Source: Raja brachyura
Lineage: Eukaryota
Direction: 5' to 3'
Length of the DNA: 64,000 bases
NCBI GenBank assembly: GCA_963514005.1
Contig: OY740807.1
Location: forward strand, 30,380,001 to 30,444,000
The position numbers and the translations under genes are program-made. Shown here piece after piece: positions 47,502 through 58,800 of this stretch (position 1 is the first letter of the stretch; the number at the start of each line of letters is the position of its first letter). The notes under the pieces were generated by a model that had not been told where the DNA came from, did not search any database, and saw only the letters and a program-made list of their open reading frames with translations.

Positions 47502-48168
47502 AGGGGCTGTCCCACTGCGGCAACCTAATCTGCGAGTTTGCCCTCGACTCAAACTCGCAGCATGGTCGACACGTGGTCCTAGGAAGTCTATGAGCCCACT
47601 GGAACTCTCCTTCATGCTTGACGGAAGTTCCCGCATACTCGCGGCCTCAGTTTGGTCGAGGAAACATTTTCAGCATGTTGAAAATGTTTCCACAAGTAAA
47701 AATTGGTTTGCATGGTTCTTTTGAACTCGTAGTGCAGTGGAGTGGGGTCACTATGTAGTTACAGGCAGTCAAGGGTAGCCATAGGCAAGCTCCTTCGCTG
47801 ACCGGCTATTTTAATTGGCTCATTAGAGTTTTCAGGATCAAGGAAAACCGACCAGTAATGTAAAATGCCCGCTAAACTTTATTATAAGTTGTCTTGTTTC
47901 TTAAAAGTGTCTTCACTCCTTCTCCCCCCCTTCTCTCCCCTTCTCTCCCCTTCTCTCTCCCCCCCCCTCCGCGCTCTCTAAAGGACTTACTGTACAATGT
48001 GCAGCCGTCTTTTACCTTTCTGTTCACCGCAGGTGTGAATTTCAGACAGCGCTCCCCCGCTTTCCCTGGCCCCCGCCTTTGCGATGTGTTTGTGTGTGTG
48101 CGTGTGGTCGGTCGATCCAGCTCGCGGTTTCATCGCTGACGGTCAATCCATCTCGAGGTTTTTCAGGC
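47502..48168. mobile_element. PIF/Harbinger-like element, left end only
   Basis: TAA|AGGGGCTGTCCCACTGCGGCAACCTAATC resembles the termini of 17519-18003; no right TIR found. Confidence 0.55.
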
Positions 48169-48179
48169 ATTGTCTGAAA

Positions 48180-48440
48180 GAATGCTAGAAATAGATAGAA
48201 TAATTTTCAAGAAGAAAATGAATGCATTTTGGCCCAGAGGCTGAGAATACTCCCAGAATCCTCAAATAGCAGAATGATACGTTATGTCCATCGGGTAAGT
48301 TGGATGGGGCTTTGATTTAACATATTAATCAAAATAAACCAACTCTGGGTTTTTAACAGGCCCTCACTATTGGATGGGAATGTCAACCTGGGTCAGGAAT
48401 CTGACCCAGATATCCTGACCACAAGGCAAGAGAGCTTGGA
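48180..48440 (-). mobile_element. Possible DeuSINE (SacSINE1-like) remnant
   Basis: Weak similarity: GGGGCTTTGATTTAACAT..CCCTCACTATTG..GGAATGTCAACCT..TCCTGACCACAAGGCAAGAG. Confidence 0.35.
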
Positions 48441-49284
48441 TTGATTTAAGACGTTCAGAGGTGAGATGCAGATCCAATTAGTCATAGAGTCTTATAGTGT
48501 GGAAACAGGCCCTTCGGCCCAACTTGCCTACAACGGCCATCTACACTTATCCCACCTGCCTGTGTTTGGCCCATGTCTCTCTCAACCTGTCCTATCCATG
48601 TATCTGTCTAAATGTTTCTTCACCGTTGAGATAGTAGTTTCTTAACCATTGCGATGATTCAATTATTTCACCTCACCACCCTATTGGTTACTTGATCCTA
48701 TTCTTGGGCCCAGGCAATAGGATTCTGCTGTACTTCTTTCCCACAAGCGTAAAAATATCTTTAAAAACATAATGTTTAATTCACCCAGAGCCTGTGTCAT
48801 AGCTCTTCTGTGCTGTGGGGTCACCTTCAGAATGTAATATAACAAATTATTCATTATCTTGCACGCAGAAGTCTATATTTTATATCTCAGCATCGATCAT
48901 GCATATATTTTTTTTAGCATTCGAAAGGTCAATGGAAGCATAATCTGTATCAACAACCTCAAATGGAAAAAAATTGCACTGGTGTAATAGAGTAAATGCC
49001 TGAGGTGAGATGGGGTGGATTTTCACCAACAATGTAAGATACTTCTAAATCAAAAACAACCCTAAAATTCAGTTAAGGTGTGGATTCATTGAGATTTATC
49101 TAATTGTTAATATTTCTGTCTTGCTCAGTGTAATGGAACGAAGGAGATTAGTTTTTGCTATCAAAGTTATACTGTATTGAAACAGACCACAATATCTATG
49201 CCAATCCCTGGGTTCCGATCCATGTTAATCCAATTTTCCAGCACGGCCCATAGCCTTCAATGTCAAGTGTTCATCCAGAAATTT

Positions 49285-50450
49285 ATTTTTAATTTTTTAA
49301 TTTTTTTAAATATTTATTTTATTAGAAGCAATTGTATAAGAAGAAAGTAATCGACTTAACAATTATACAATCTCCATACAGCTTCAGTTTTAACATTTTA
49401 TTATGGGATGTCAGGACTGTTTTATGAAGACTGGATAGACTCGGTTTATACTCTCTAGAATTTAGGAGATTGAGAGGGGATCTTATAGAAACTTACAAAA
49501 TTCTTAAGGGGTTGGACAGGCTAGATGCAGGAAGATTATTCCCGATGTTGGGGAAGTCCAGGACAAGGGGTCACAGCTTAAGGATAAGGGGGCAATCCTT
49601 TAAGACCGAAATGAGAAGGAATTTATTCACACAGAGAGTGGTGAATTCTCTGCCACAGAAGGTAGTTGAGGCCAGTTCATTGGCTATATTTAAGAGGGCG
49701 TTAGATGTGGCCCTAGTGGCTAAGGGGATCAGAGGGTATGGAGAGAAGGCAGGTACGGGATACTGAGTTGGATGATTAGCCATGAACATATTGAATGGCG
49801 GTGCAGGCTCGAAGGGCCAAATGGCCTAATAAGTCAATCGGAAAAAAGAAAAGAGGTAAGAAGGGAAAGAAAGAAGAAAGGAAAAAGAAAATAAAGAATT
49901 TCGAAAAAGATACGAAAAAGAAAGAAGACCCCTGAGCTAACAAAGAAGTGAAAAAAAAGGAGTGGAGATGTATCCCACTACCCTTCCCTACATCCGCTCA
50001 CCCGACCCTAGCGTCGATTTTGAATTTGTGTTCAACCATTCTGTTGTTGAAGAAATTCGATGAAAGGAGACCATATTTTGCAAAATTGATCTGATTTGTC
50101 AGACAACACAAGCCTTGTTTTTCTAAATGCAGTGTCTCGGTCATTTCTGTGATCCACATCTTCACTGTGGGGACTGTGGGATCTTTTTCCAGAATTTAAG
50201 TATACGTTTTTCCGCAGTTATTAAACCGTAGTCAAGGAAGCGTCTTTGGAATATCATTAACTTAGGGCAGCCCTCTGACATTCCTAATATTATTAATTTT
50301 GAATCTGACTCCAATTGAATTTTGAGTGTTTTAGAAATGGTATTGAATATTCCCATCCAGAAATGTTTTTATACAGGCTACAAAAGAATGGGTTAGGGTA
50401 GCTTCTTGGAAGTGACCCTTATCACAGAGAGGGGAGACAGTTGGGAAGAT
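49285..50450 (-). mobile_element. 5'-truncated L1 LINE (ORF2 C-terminus plus 3' UTR) with 9-bp TSD
   Basis: IFPTVSPLCDKG..ATLTHSFVAC (zinc-knuckle region)..YGLITAEKRILKFWK; CAGAAATTT at 49276-49284 and 50451-50459. Confidence 0.85.
49404..49828 (+). mobile_element. Young CR1 3' fragment nested in the L1 UTR
   Basis: RGDLIETYKILKGLDRLDAGRLFP..RTRGHSL..FTQRVV. Confidence 0.9.
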
Positions 50451-50936
50451 CAGAAATTTCTTAAATGCTGTCCGCTTCCATCATTCTCCCTGGCAGCGTA
50501 TTCCAGGCACTCACCACTCACTGGGTGAAGAAGGGTCCTTTTAACTTCCCTTGTGATTCTCATACTCATTGCTCTAAATCCGTGGTCCTCTGGTATTGTT
50601 TAACTCTGATAAGGTGAAAAGATTCCTGCAGCCCATCCTATCTATACTCCTCGTAATCTTACAGACATCAATCATGTTGTCTCTTGACCTGCTCTGCTCC
50701 AGAGAACATTAATCTAGCCTCTCCAGTCTCTTCCCACCACTGAAACAGTCCATCCCTGGCAATGTCATGGTGAACCTCCACTGCAATTTCTCCAGTGCCA
50801 TAACATCTTTTCCTCTGGCTTAAGATGATTGAGATTAGCAACAGTTCAACTGTTGAGGCCATTGTCAAAAGTTTACAATCCTTATCCACTACAGTGTGGT
50901 AACCAGAATTGCCCTCAGTATTCCAATTGAGATCTG

Positions 50937-51239
50937 TTTTAGTCTTAGTTTGGAGATGCAGCGTGGAAACAGGCCCTTCGGCTCACCGAGCCTGCACCGG
51001 CCAGAGATGCCCCTACACTAGTTCTATCTTACACATTAGGGACAATTTACATTAGGGCCAATTAACCTAAACCTGTACTTCTTTTCAATGTGGGAAGAAA
51101 CCGGAGCACCCGGACCAAACCCATGGGGTCACAGGGTGAACGTACAAACTCCGTAGAGACAGCACCCGTAGTCAGGATCCAACCTGGGTCTCTGGCGCAG
51201 TAAGGCAGCAACTCTACCGCTGCACCACTATGCTGCCCC
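50937..51239 (-). mobile_element. V-SINE
   Basis: Tail, V-domain and head. Confidence 0.85.
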
Positions 51240-51439
51240 AGTAAAGTTAGGACACAAGATTCTTGCTCTGTACTTCAGAATTCAGAGATTCTGAATCCGC
51301 TCCCTCCGAGTCATTTACGCAAAGGCAATCCCGGATAATATTAGGGAAATTGAAATCCCTGGTAGAAAAACACTATTTTAAACACATCTCTCTACTATTT
51401 GCCAATTGATGATTGGTATTGAAATGCTCATTTATACCA

Positions 51440-52130
51440 TAAGACATATGAGCAGGAGCAGGCCAATTGGCCCATCGAGTCTGCTCTATCATTCTATCAT
51501 GGCTGAGCTATATTTCCTCTGCCTTCTCCCGTAACCTTTGCTACCCTAACTAGCCAAGAACCTTTCAATCTCTGCTTTAAAAATAACCAATTACTTGGTT
51601 TCCACAGCTGTCCATGGAAATGAGTTCCGCAGATTCATCACCCTCTGGCTTAAGATAATTGAGATTAGCAACAGTTCAACCATGGAGGCCATTGTCGAAT
51701 TTTTGCAATCCTTATCCACTACTTAATTCCTTAACTACTTTAGACGAGCGCTCGTGCACATTCCTTATCTGCTGTTCAAACTCCATCAGAAAACAATAGT
51801 AAATAGATATCAACCATTCGCCCTTCATTTTAGTATGTTTATCTTGTTTTATCTTTAACCTCATCGAAACTTACCAAATAGTGAAAGGCTATTTCGCGAA
51901 AGATAGAATGGATGCGGAGAGGGTGTTTCCACTAGTAGGAGAGTCAAAGATCAGAGGGCATAGTCACAGATGGCTGTGAAGGCCAAGTCATTAGGTTTTT
52001 TCTTTATTAGTAAGGGTGTCAAGGGTTATTGGCAGAAAGCAAGAGAATGGGTTTGAGAGGGAAGGATGGATCAACCATGATTAAATGGCAGAGTAGACTC
52101 AATGGCTGAATGGCCTACCTCTGCTCCTAT
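51440..52130. mobile_element. CR1 3' fragments (minus about 51440-51650, plus about 51860-52130)
   Basis: CR1 tails and UTR motifs. Confidence 0.75.
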
Positions 52131-52465
52131 TTATTATAATATAAAACTCTGATCTTCAATGTTTGGTTGTGGGTTTGCTTGCTTGCTTGAACTTTTTCTT
52201 TGATTCCCATCTCCTAGAAAACCAGACGCAGTAACGGTGAAACTTTTACATATTCCGGTATTATGTAATTTTACATATTCCGGTATTTACCTCATAATAT
52301 CAAAAATCTCAACATCTGAAAATTTGATTTATCATTTCCCGAGTTTCTTACTAAAATTGTTCACCAATCTGACCATTTTAAAATCTAACGAGCTGGATGA
52401 TGTCACATTGGCTCCTCTTGACTGGCCTGCCGCAGTGCCCTGCCCGAGGCCCAGCCGGAGGACCT

Positions 52466-53108
52466 CTCCTTCTCCCCCACCCCTCACCTCTCCCCTCCAC
52501 CTCCCCCCCCTCCCTCTCCCAACTCCCCCCTCTCCCCACCCTCCTCTCACTCCCTTTCCCCCCTCTCTCCCCCCTCCTCTCCCCTCCACCCCTCTGCCGT
52601 CCCTCCACCACATCCCCCTCCCCTCCGCCCTGCATCATCACCTCCCTCCCCTACTCTCCCCCACTCCCCCTCTCCCCCCCTCTCCTCGCTCTCCCCCCTT
52701 CCTCCCCCTCTCTCCCACTCCTCTCTCTTCCCCTCCTCCTCTGCCACCCCTCCCCCTCCAGTCCCCTCCCCCCTCCCTTCCCCCCTCCACCCCTCCCTCC
52801 ACTCCCCCCCTCTCCCCCACTCCCCCTCCTCTCCCCCACCCCCTCTCCCCACCCCCCTCTCTCCCCCACCCCCCTCTCCCCCACTCCCCCCCTCTCCCCC
52901 AATCCCCCTCCTCTCCCCACACCCCCTCTCTCCCCCCACCCTCCTCTTCCCCACTCCCCCCTCTCTCTCCCCTGCTCTCTCTCCCCCCATCCCCCCTCCA
53001 CCCTCTGCCCTCTTCCTCCTCTCCCCCTCTCCCACCCCTCTTCCTCCCCCACTCCCCTCCCCCTCTCCCCTCCCCCTCTCCCACTCCCCTCCCCTTCTCC
53101 CCCCCTCC
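52466..53108. repeat. C/T-rich low-complexity tract, (CCCCTCT)-like
   Basis: About 640 bp almost entirely C and T on the plus strand. Confidence 0.95.
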
Positions 53109-53404
53109 AAAGTTTCAATATAAGTGACAATAATAAACTAAACTAAATAAACTAAACTAAATCTAAACATTGGCTCATTTACCACATCTGCATTGACAGT
53201 GCAAAGTAATTTGGCAGCTGATGTAGAGCAGATACATTTCCCATCAGAATAATGCAGGATGGATGCTTTGAAGGAAGGAGAATCAATCCAATTCTGGGTC
53301 CGTTTCAGCCTTAGTCCAGGAGTCTTTCACTGCATAATGTTACAGTGGGTGGAAAGCCTTTTCAACTTATGAGAAACATAATATTGGTACCATGAATCGA
53401 TCAA

Positions 53405-53566
53405 TCAATGTTTAAGAAACAGTTAGACAGAAATATAGATAGGACAGGTTAGGAGGGATATGGGCCAAATGCAGGCAGGTGGGACTAGTGTAGCTGGGAC
53501 CTGGTGGTCGGTGTGGGTAAGTTGGGCTGAAGGGCCTGTTTCATTGTTGTAGGACTCTATGTCTCT
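53405..53566 (+). mobile_element. CR1 3' end
   Basis: GGGATATGGGCCAAATGCAGGCAGGTGGGACTAG..GGGCTGAAGGGCCTGTTTC. Confidence 0.85.
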
Positions 53567-53842
53567 AAAATCTATTCCACCACAAGAAGCCGTCTGTTTA
53601 CATGACTCTGAAAAGGATGTTTGTGGAAGAGGTGACAGCCGACTCCATTATCCATGTTGGTTTCACAGTTCTTGCAAGTCTGCCGTCTCCTATAAGTGAA
53701 ACATTCAACAGTGAGTATTTTCATTATAAATATTGTGTTTCAAATATTATTTCATTTCCTATCATTTTTCTCAAGATGTAATATCCTTTTTATCAAACAG
53801 CAAAAGAATGTCATTCTTGGTAAATAGAAATAGAAGTGTTGG

Positions 53843-54030
53843 TGTGGCGCAGCTGTAGATTTGCTGCCTTACAGCGCTTATAAGCCAGAGACCTGGGTTC
53901 GATCCTGGCTACGGGTGCTTGTGTGTACAGAGTTTGTACGTTTTCCCCGTGACCGCGTGTGCGGGGACCGCTGGTCGGTGTGGACTCGGTGGGCCGAAGG
54001 GCCTGTTTCCGCACTGTACCTCTAAACTAA
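53843..54030 (+). mobile_element. V-SINE with internal deletion
   Basis: Head joined to tail at CCGCGTGTGCGGGG. Confidence 0.8.
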
Positions 54031-54167
54031 ATTAACTCAGTGCTGGACTCAGTTCCAGGTCAGGTCGTCAAAAAGCTTTTCACTGTACCTTGGTACACGT
54101 GACAAAAATAATAAACTAAACTAAACTAAATATTCTGTGGCGAGAGACCGACTTAATGATAAGAAAG

Positions 54168-55447
54168 GAAGACAAAAATGCTGGAGAAACTCAGCGGGTG
54201 AGGCAGCATCTACGTAGAGAAGGAATAGGCGGTGTTTCGGGTCAAGACCCTTCTTCAGACTGATGTCGGGGAAGGGGGCAGGAAAAAGAAAGGAAGAGGC
54301 GGAGACAGTAGGCTTGTGGGAGAGCTGGGAAGGGGGAGGGGAAGGAGGAAGAAAGCAAGGACTATCTTAAATTGGGGAAGTCAATGTTCATACCACTGGG
54401 GTGTAAACTACCCAAGAGAAATATGAGGTGCTGTTCCTCGAATTTGCGCTGGGCCTCACTCTGGCAAATGGAAGAGGCCCAGGACAGAAAGGTCGGATTT
54501 GGAATGGGAGGGGGAGTTGAAGTGCTGAGCCACCGGGAGATCAGGTTGGTTAGTGCGAACTGAGCGGAGGTGTTGGGCGAAGCGATCGCCAAGCCTGCGC
54601 TTGGTCTCGCCGATGTAGAGAAGTTGGCACCTGGAGCAGCGGATGCAGTAGATGAGGTTGGAGGGTGAACCTCTGCCTCACCTGGAAAGACTGCTTAGGT
54701 CCTTGGATGGAGTCGAGGGGGGCAGTAAAGCGACAAGTGTAGCATTTCCTGTGGTTGCAAGGGAAAGTACCCAGGGAGGGGGTGATTTATGTTGGAAGGG
54801 ATGAATTATGAATTAATTCATGAATTGCCTTTATTGTCATTCAGACCTTTCGGTCTGAATGAAATATCATGCCTGCAGTCATACATATATAAAAAATACC
54901 AAAACCACACAATGAACACAAATTTAACATCCACCACAGTGAGTTCACCAAACACCTCCTCACTGTGGTGGAAGGCAAAAGTCTTAGAGTCTCTGTCTTC
55001 TTCCCTCCTTATTCTCCCTCTGCGCTGAGGAGATCCAGGCCTCCGATGCTGCCGTCCACATTAACCAGGAAGTTACGGAGAGAAGGGCTTCTGTGGAAAG
55101 CAGAAAGGGGAGGAGATGGGAAGATGTGGTCAGTGGTGGGATCCCGTTGGAGGCGGTGAAAATGTCGGAGGATTATATGTTGTATGCGACGGCAGATAGG
55201 GTGGAAGGTGAGGGCAAGGGGGACCTGCGGGATCTAGAGGAGACCCTGGTGAGAGCCTCATGTATAATAGAGGAGGGGAACCCCCGTTCCCTAAAGAATG
55301 AGGACATCTCCAATGCCCTGGTCTGGAACATCTCATCCTGGGTGCAGATGCAGCATAGACGGAGGAATTGGAAGTAGGGGATAGAGTCTTTACAAGAAGC
55401 AGGGTGGGAAGAAGTGTAGTCCAAATAGCCATGGGAGTCAGCCATGG
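54168..55447 (-). mobile_element. Longest PLE remnant: RT thumb, linker, GIY-YIG, UTR and hammerhead module; LINE tail inserted at about 54805-55058
   Basis: DSHGYLDYTSSHPASCKDSIPYFQFLRLCCIC..FFRERGFP; NLIYCIRCSRCQLLYIGETKRRLGDRFAQHLRS; CQSEAQRKFEEQHLIF. Confidence 0.9.
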
Positions 55448-56726
55448 GATAAGAAACGTCATTTTTCTGAAACATTAATCTGATTCTCTGTCTACAGATG
55501 CTGCCTCGCCTGCTAAATATCTCATGTTTTTGCTATTTAACGTATCAGATTTCCAGCACCTGAAGATTTTATTTTTTTAATGTAAGGAATATGATTAATC
55601 TGCGTAAGTGAACTGAGGTACAAATGAATGCAAACCCATCACATTGTCCTCAGTATTATTTCTCAGCCTTGTTAGGGCATTGGGAGAAAGAGTGGGTTTC
55701 AGGAGATTTTGCTGTCCATGCTGAGTTATATGTAAATATATATACCATGATTTATATTTAAAAAAATGCTCTTGATACTAGCGGTGGGTGAACAAGTGTA
55801 ATCTGACAGAATAGCAAATCAATCTTGTTCAAGGCCATTTGAGAAGAACTCATTGTTTCTCATTTTTATTTGTCTGTGCTGGTAAACGGGTCAGGGCAAT
55901 GTCAAAGACAACCATATACTTATTAGCAGCTGCTGTGTGCAGATACTCCTTGGAATAAAGGGCAGAAAATCAACAAAGAAGGACTGAGCTCCACTCACTT
56001 CATTACTTGCCGCATCTTGGATCCTGAAGATAATCACGCCAACAAAAGCAACATAATGTAGACGCAAGGAACTGCAAGTGCTGGTTTACAAAATTATTAC
56101 GAAAGCGTGACTGTAACTCAGTAGGTCAGGTGACATCTCTGGAGAACATGAATGGGCGACGAACATGAACAGACTGAAGAAGGGTCCCAACCGATAATGT
56201 TCCCTATCCGTGTTCTCCAGAAATCCCACCTGTCTCGCAAAGTTACTCCAGCACTTTGTGTCTTTTCTTTCCAAAGGAACATAATGTTCATTTGGTCAAG
56301 ATGGCATTTTATTAACTCATTGGAGGATACGTTTCCCATTGTTTGGGGGAAAACGAACGTCGCAAATTAATGTAAATAGCTGTCAATTTTGATTTATTGT
56401 GGGTTTTCACTGGACACGCACAAACAACTTTACACAGTCATACAAAATGGAAGGTAATTGTGGCCATGTTTAGTGAACATTTAGAGATGAATGGCACCAT
56501 TTCCTGTTGCCATTGTTTACAACTGCATTGTGGGTTGGCTTGCTGTACTGCTTTCTCTCATCATTATTCATACGATATGATAGAACTTTATTTATCCCAC
56601 ATGAAACATGAAATTAAAGTGACAAATGGAAAGATAGAATGGATACGGATCCAACTTTATTCAAGTAATGATTTAGTGGTCAGGTCGGGGTAGGAGCTCC
56701 CCCCGCCCCCCCCCCCCCCCCCCGCC

Positions 56727-56796
56727 ATGGATACCATGTAATTCCATGCTAGCTGCTCCATGGTCAGTTAGTCGGATAGTCGGCGACTAAACAATC
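56727..56796 (+). ncRNA. Degenerate HDV-like ribozyme candidate
   Basis: Elements occur in the order P1 ATGGA.., L3 TCC.., GCT, P1' GCTCCAT, GG, P4, CTAA, P2' ACAATC; several stems are mismatched. Confidence 0.3.
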
Positions 56797-56887
56797 TCCC
56801 CCACCTGGTTTTCCAGGTGAGGAGGGGGATGTGGACCCCCAGCAGGACCAAAAACAAAGGGCTGTCAAAGGGCAGATGAGCTTCTAG

Positions 56888-57275
56888 TAGCAATGTTACA
56901 ACATTTAGAGATTTAAAAAATCAAGTCTGAAAATTAACCCATCAGATAAAGCATAAAAAGAAGTTTAATTTGACACTTAATTCACTTTCATATCTTTAGT
57001 ATTAAAAAAGTTATGACCATTTTCATACTCGGAAATTAGCATCTTGTTCCCTATTGCTTTTCCATTGACTTAACTCAAAAGCTGTGATCGAGGACAGTCA
57101 AAAGCCCATCACTTTCTTAAAAATTAAGAGAACTGAATGAAATTTTCAGTTATTATAGATTAGAGCATTCTGAAACAAATATGAAACAATCTTACTTGGA
57201 TGACCTGAAATTAAAGCGTATATTTAGTTAGTTACCTAATTGTAGCTAATTATCTAAGATCTAAACATCTATCCA
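56888..57275. mobile_element. Truncated second copy of the 7915-8949 DNA transposon
   Basis: Colinear with 7915 to about 8315, starting at the same TAGCAATGTTACA terminus. Confidence 0.9.
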
Positions 57276-57419
57276 TCGGTCACCCCTTCGCACTAGTTCT
57301 ATGATATTTTCCACCTTCTCCTCCACATAACACACACTAGGGAGAATTCTACGCTGCGCCAATTAACTTACGAACCCGCACGTATTTGGGATATGGGAGG
57401 AAACTGGTGCACCCGGAGG

Positions 57420-57643
57420 ATGAATCTGTGGAATTCTTTGCTACAGAAGGCTGTGGAGGCCGTCAATGGATAATTTAAAGGCAAAGATAGATAGATTCCT
57501 GATTAGTACGGGTGTCTGGGGTTATGGGGAGAAGGCAGGAGAAATGGGTTAGGAGGGTGAGATAGATCAGTCATGATTCAATGGCAGAGTAGACTTAATG
57601 AACCGAATGGCCTAATTTTTCTCCTTTCACTTATGCCCTTATG
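57420..57643 (+). mobile_element. CR1 3' end
   Basis: GAATCTGTGGAATTC..GGGTTATGGGGAGAAGGCAGG..CCGAATGGCC. Confidence 0.85.
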
Positions 57644-57714
57644 ACAAAATGGGGGCTTTATGGGTGGTCCATGGCCATAGGGAAATTAATGCAAGATGCC
57701 TATATTCTCATCTA

Positions 57715-58257
57715 TACATCTTATATTTTGCTTCGGCAATGTACAACCCAATGGTATGAATATTAAGTATATGAAGGAACTGCAGATGCTGGTTTCCTCC
57801 GAAGATAGACACAAAATGCTGGAGTAACTCAACGGGACAGGCAGCATCTCTGGAGAGAAGGAATGGGTGACGTTTCGGGTCGAGACACTTTGAATATTGA
57901 TTTCTCTAACTTCAAGTAACTCTTACATCCCCTCTTTCCATTCCTCCCCCACCCTAGTCGGCGTGTTAGTTTTACTGTCATCCTGTTTAATTCCTCATCT
58001 GTCCCACACCTACCAATAGCCTATTGTGTGCTCCCCATTTCCTTGCTTATTGGTACTTTTTGCATTTCTTCCATTCATTTCTCCCAAGTACCGTCTATAT
58101 CTCTTGTTCCCCTTTCCCCTGGCTCTCAGTCTGAAGAAGGGTCTTGACCCAAAACGTCACCTATTCCTTTTCTCCAGAGATGCTGCCTGACCTGCTAGCA
58201 TATGCCTTTTGTGTCTATCTTCGGTTTAAAACCAGCATCTGCAGTTCCTCCCTACAC
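57715..58257 (+). mobile_element. PLE ORF end, UTR and terminus, with a minus-strand terminal module (about 57768-57888) nested inside
   Basis: TGAATATT repeated around the nested module; hammerhead-like motif at about 58128-58162. Confidence 0.8.
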
Positions 58258-58436
58258 TAGGTACCTAGTATCAGTTAAGTTGCCAAATAAAGTTGCCTTT
58301 ATTTTTAAATAATCCTCATGCCACCAGTATTGTAAGAACAAAGGTTATTAGGTTCCTTGGTGTCCAAGAAGTGCATAATAGATACGAACTGGCTTCCAGT
58401 GCGTTTTTAATATTTTCTGCACATTTTGATTTGAAA

Positions 58437-58800
58437 GTGGCACAGTGATATATTTGCTGCTGTACAACGCCGGGTATCCAGGTTCGATCCTGACTCCCCA
58501 AAACCATGTGGGTTTTATCCGGTGGCTCCAGTTTCCTCCCACACTACAAAGACCTACAGGTTTGTAGGTTAATTGGCTTCGGTAAAGATTCTAAATTGAA
58601 TTGAATTGAATTTGAATTGAATTGAATTTCCTTTATTGTCGTTCAAACAAGTTTGGACGAAATTTCGTACCATGCATTCATGACAGTAAAAAGTGACAAA
58701 AGTAGGATAGTGCGAGTGCACGCTGATCGCTGGTCGGCGCAGGTTCGGTGGGCCGCAGGGCCTGCTTCTGCGCCGTATCTATAAAGTAAACTGAAATAAA
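58437..58800 (+). mobile_element. V-SINE interrupted by a LINE tail with (AATTG)n
   Basis: V-domain ends about 58596, tail resumes about 58703. Confidence 0.75.

Noticed and set aside
52237-53146. Long Pro-rich and Gly/Glu-rich ORFs (up to 296 aa) in several frames
   Set aside because: Artefact of the C/T low-complexity tract, which lacks stop codons on both strands
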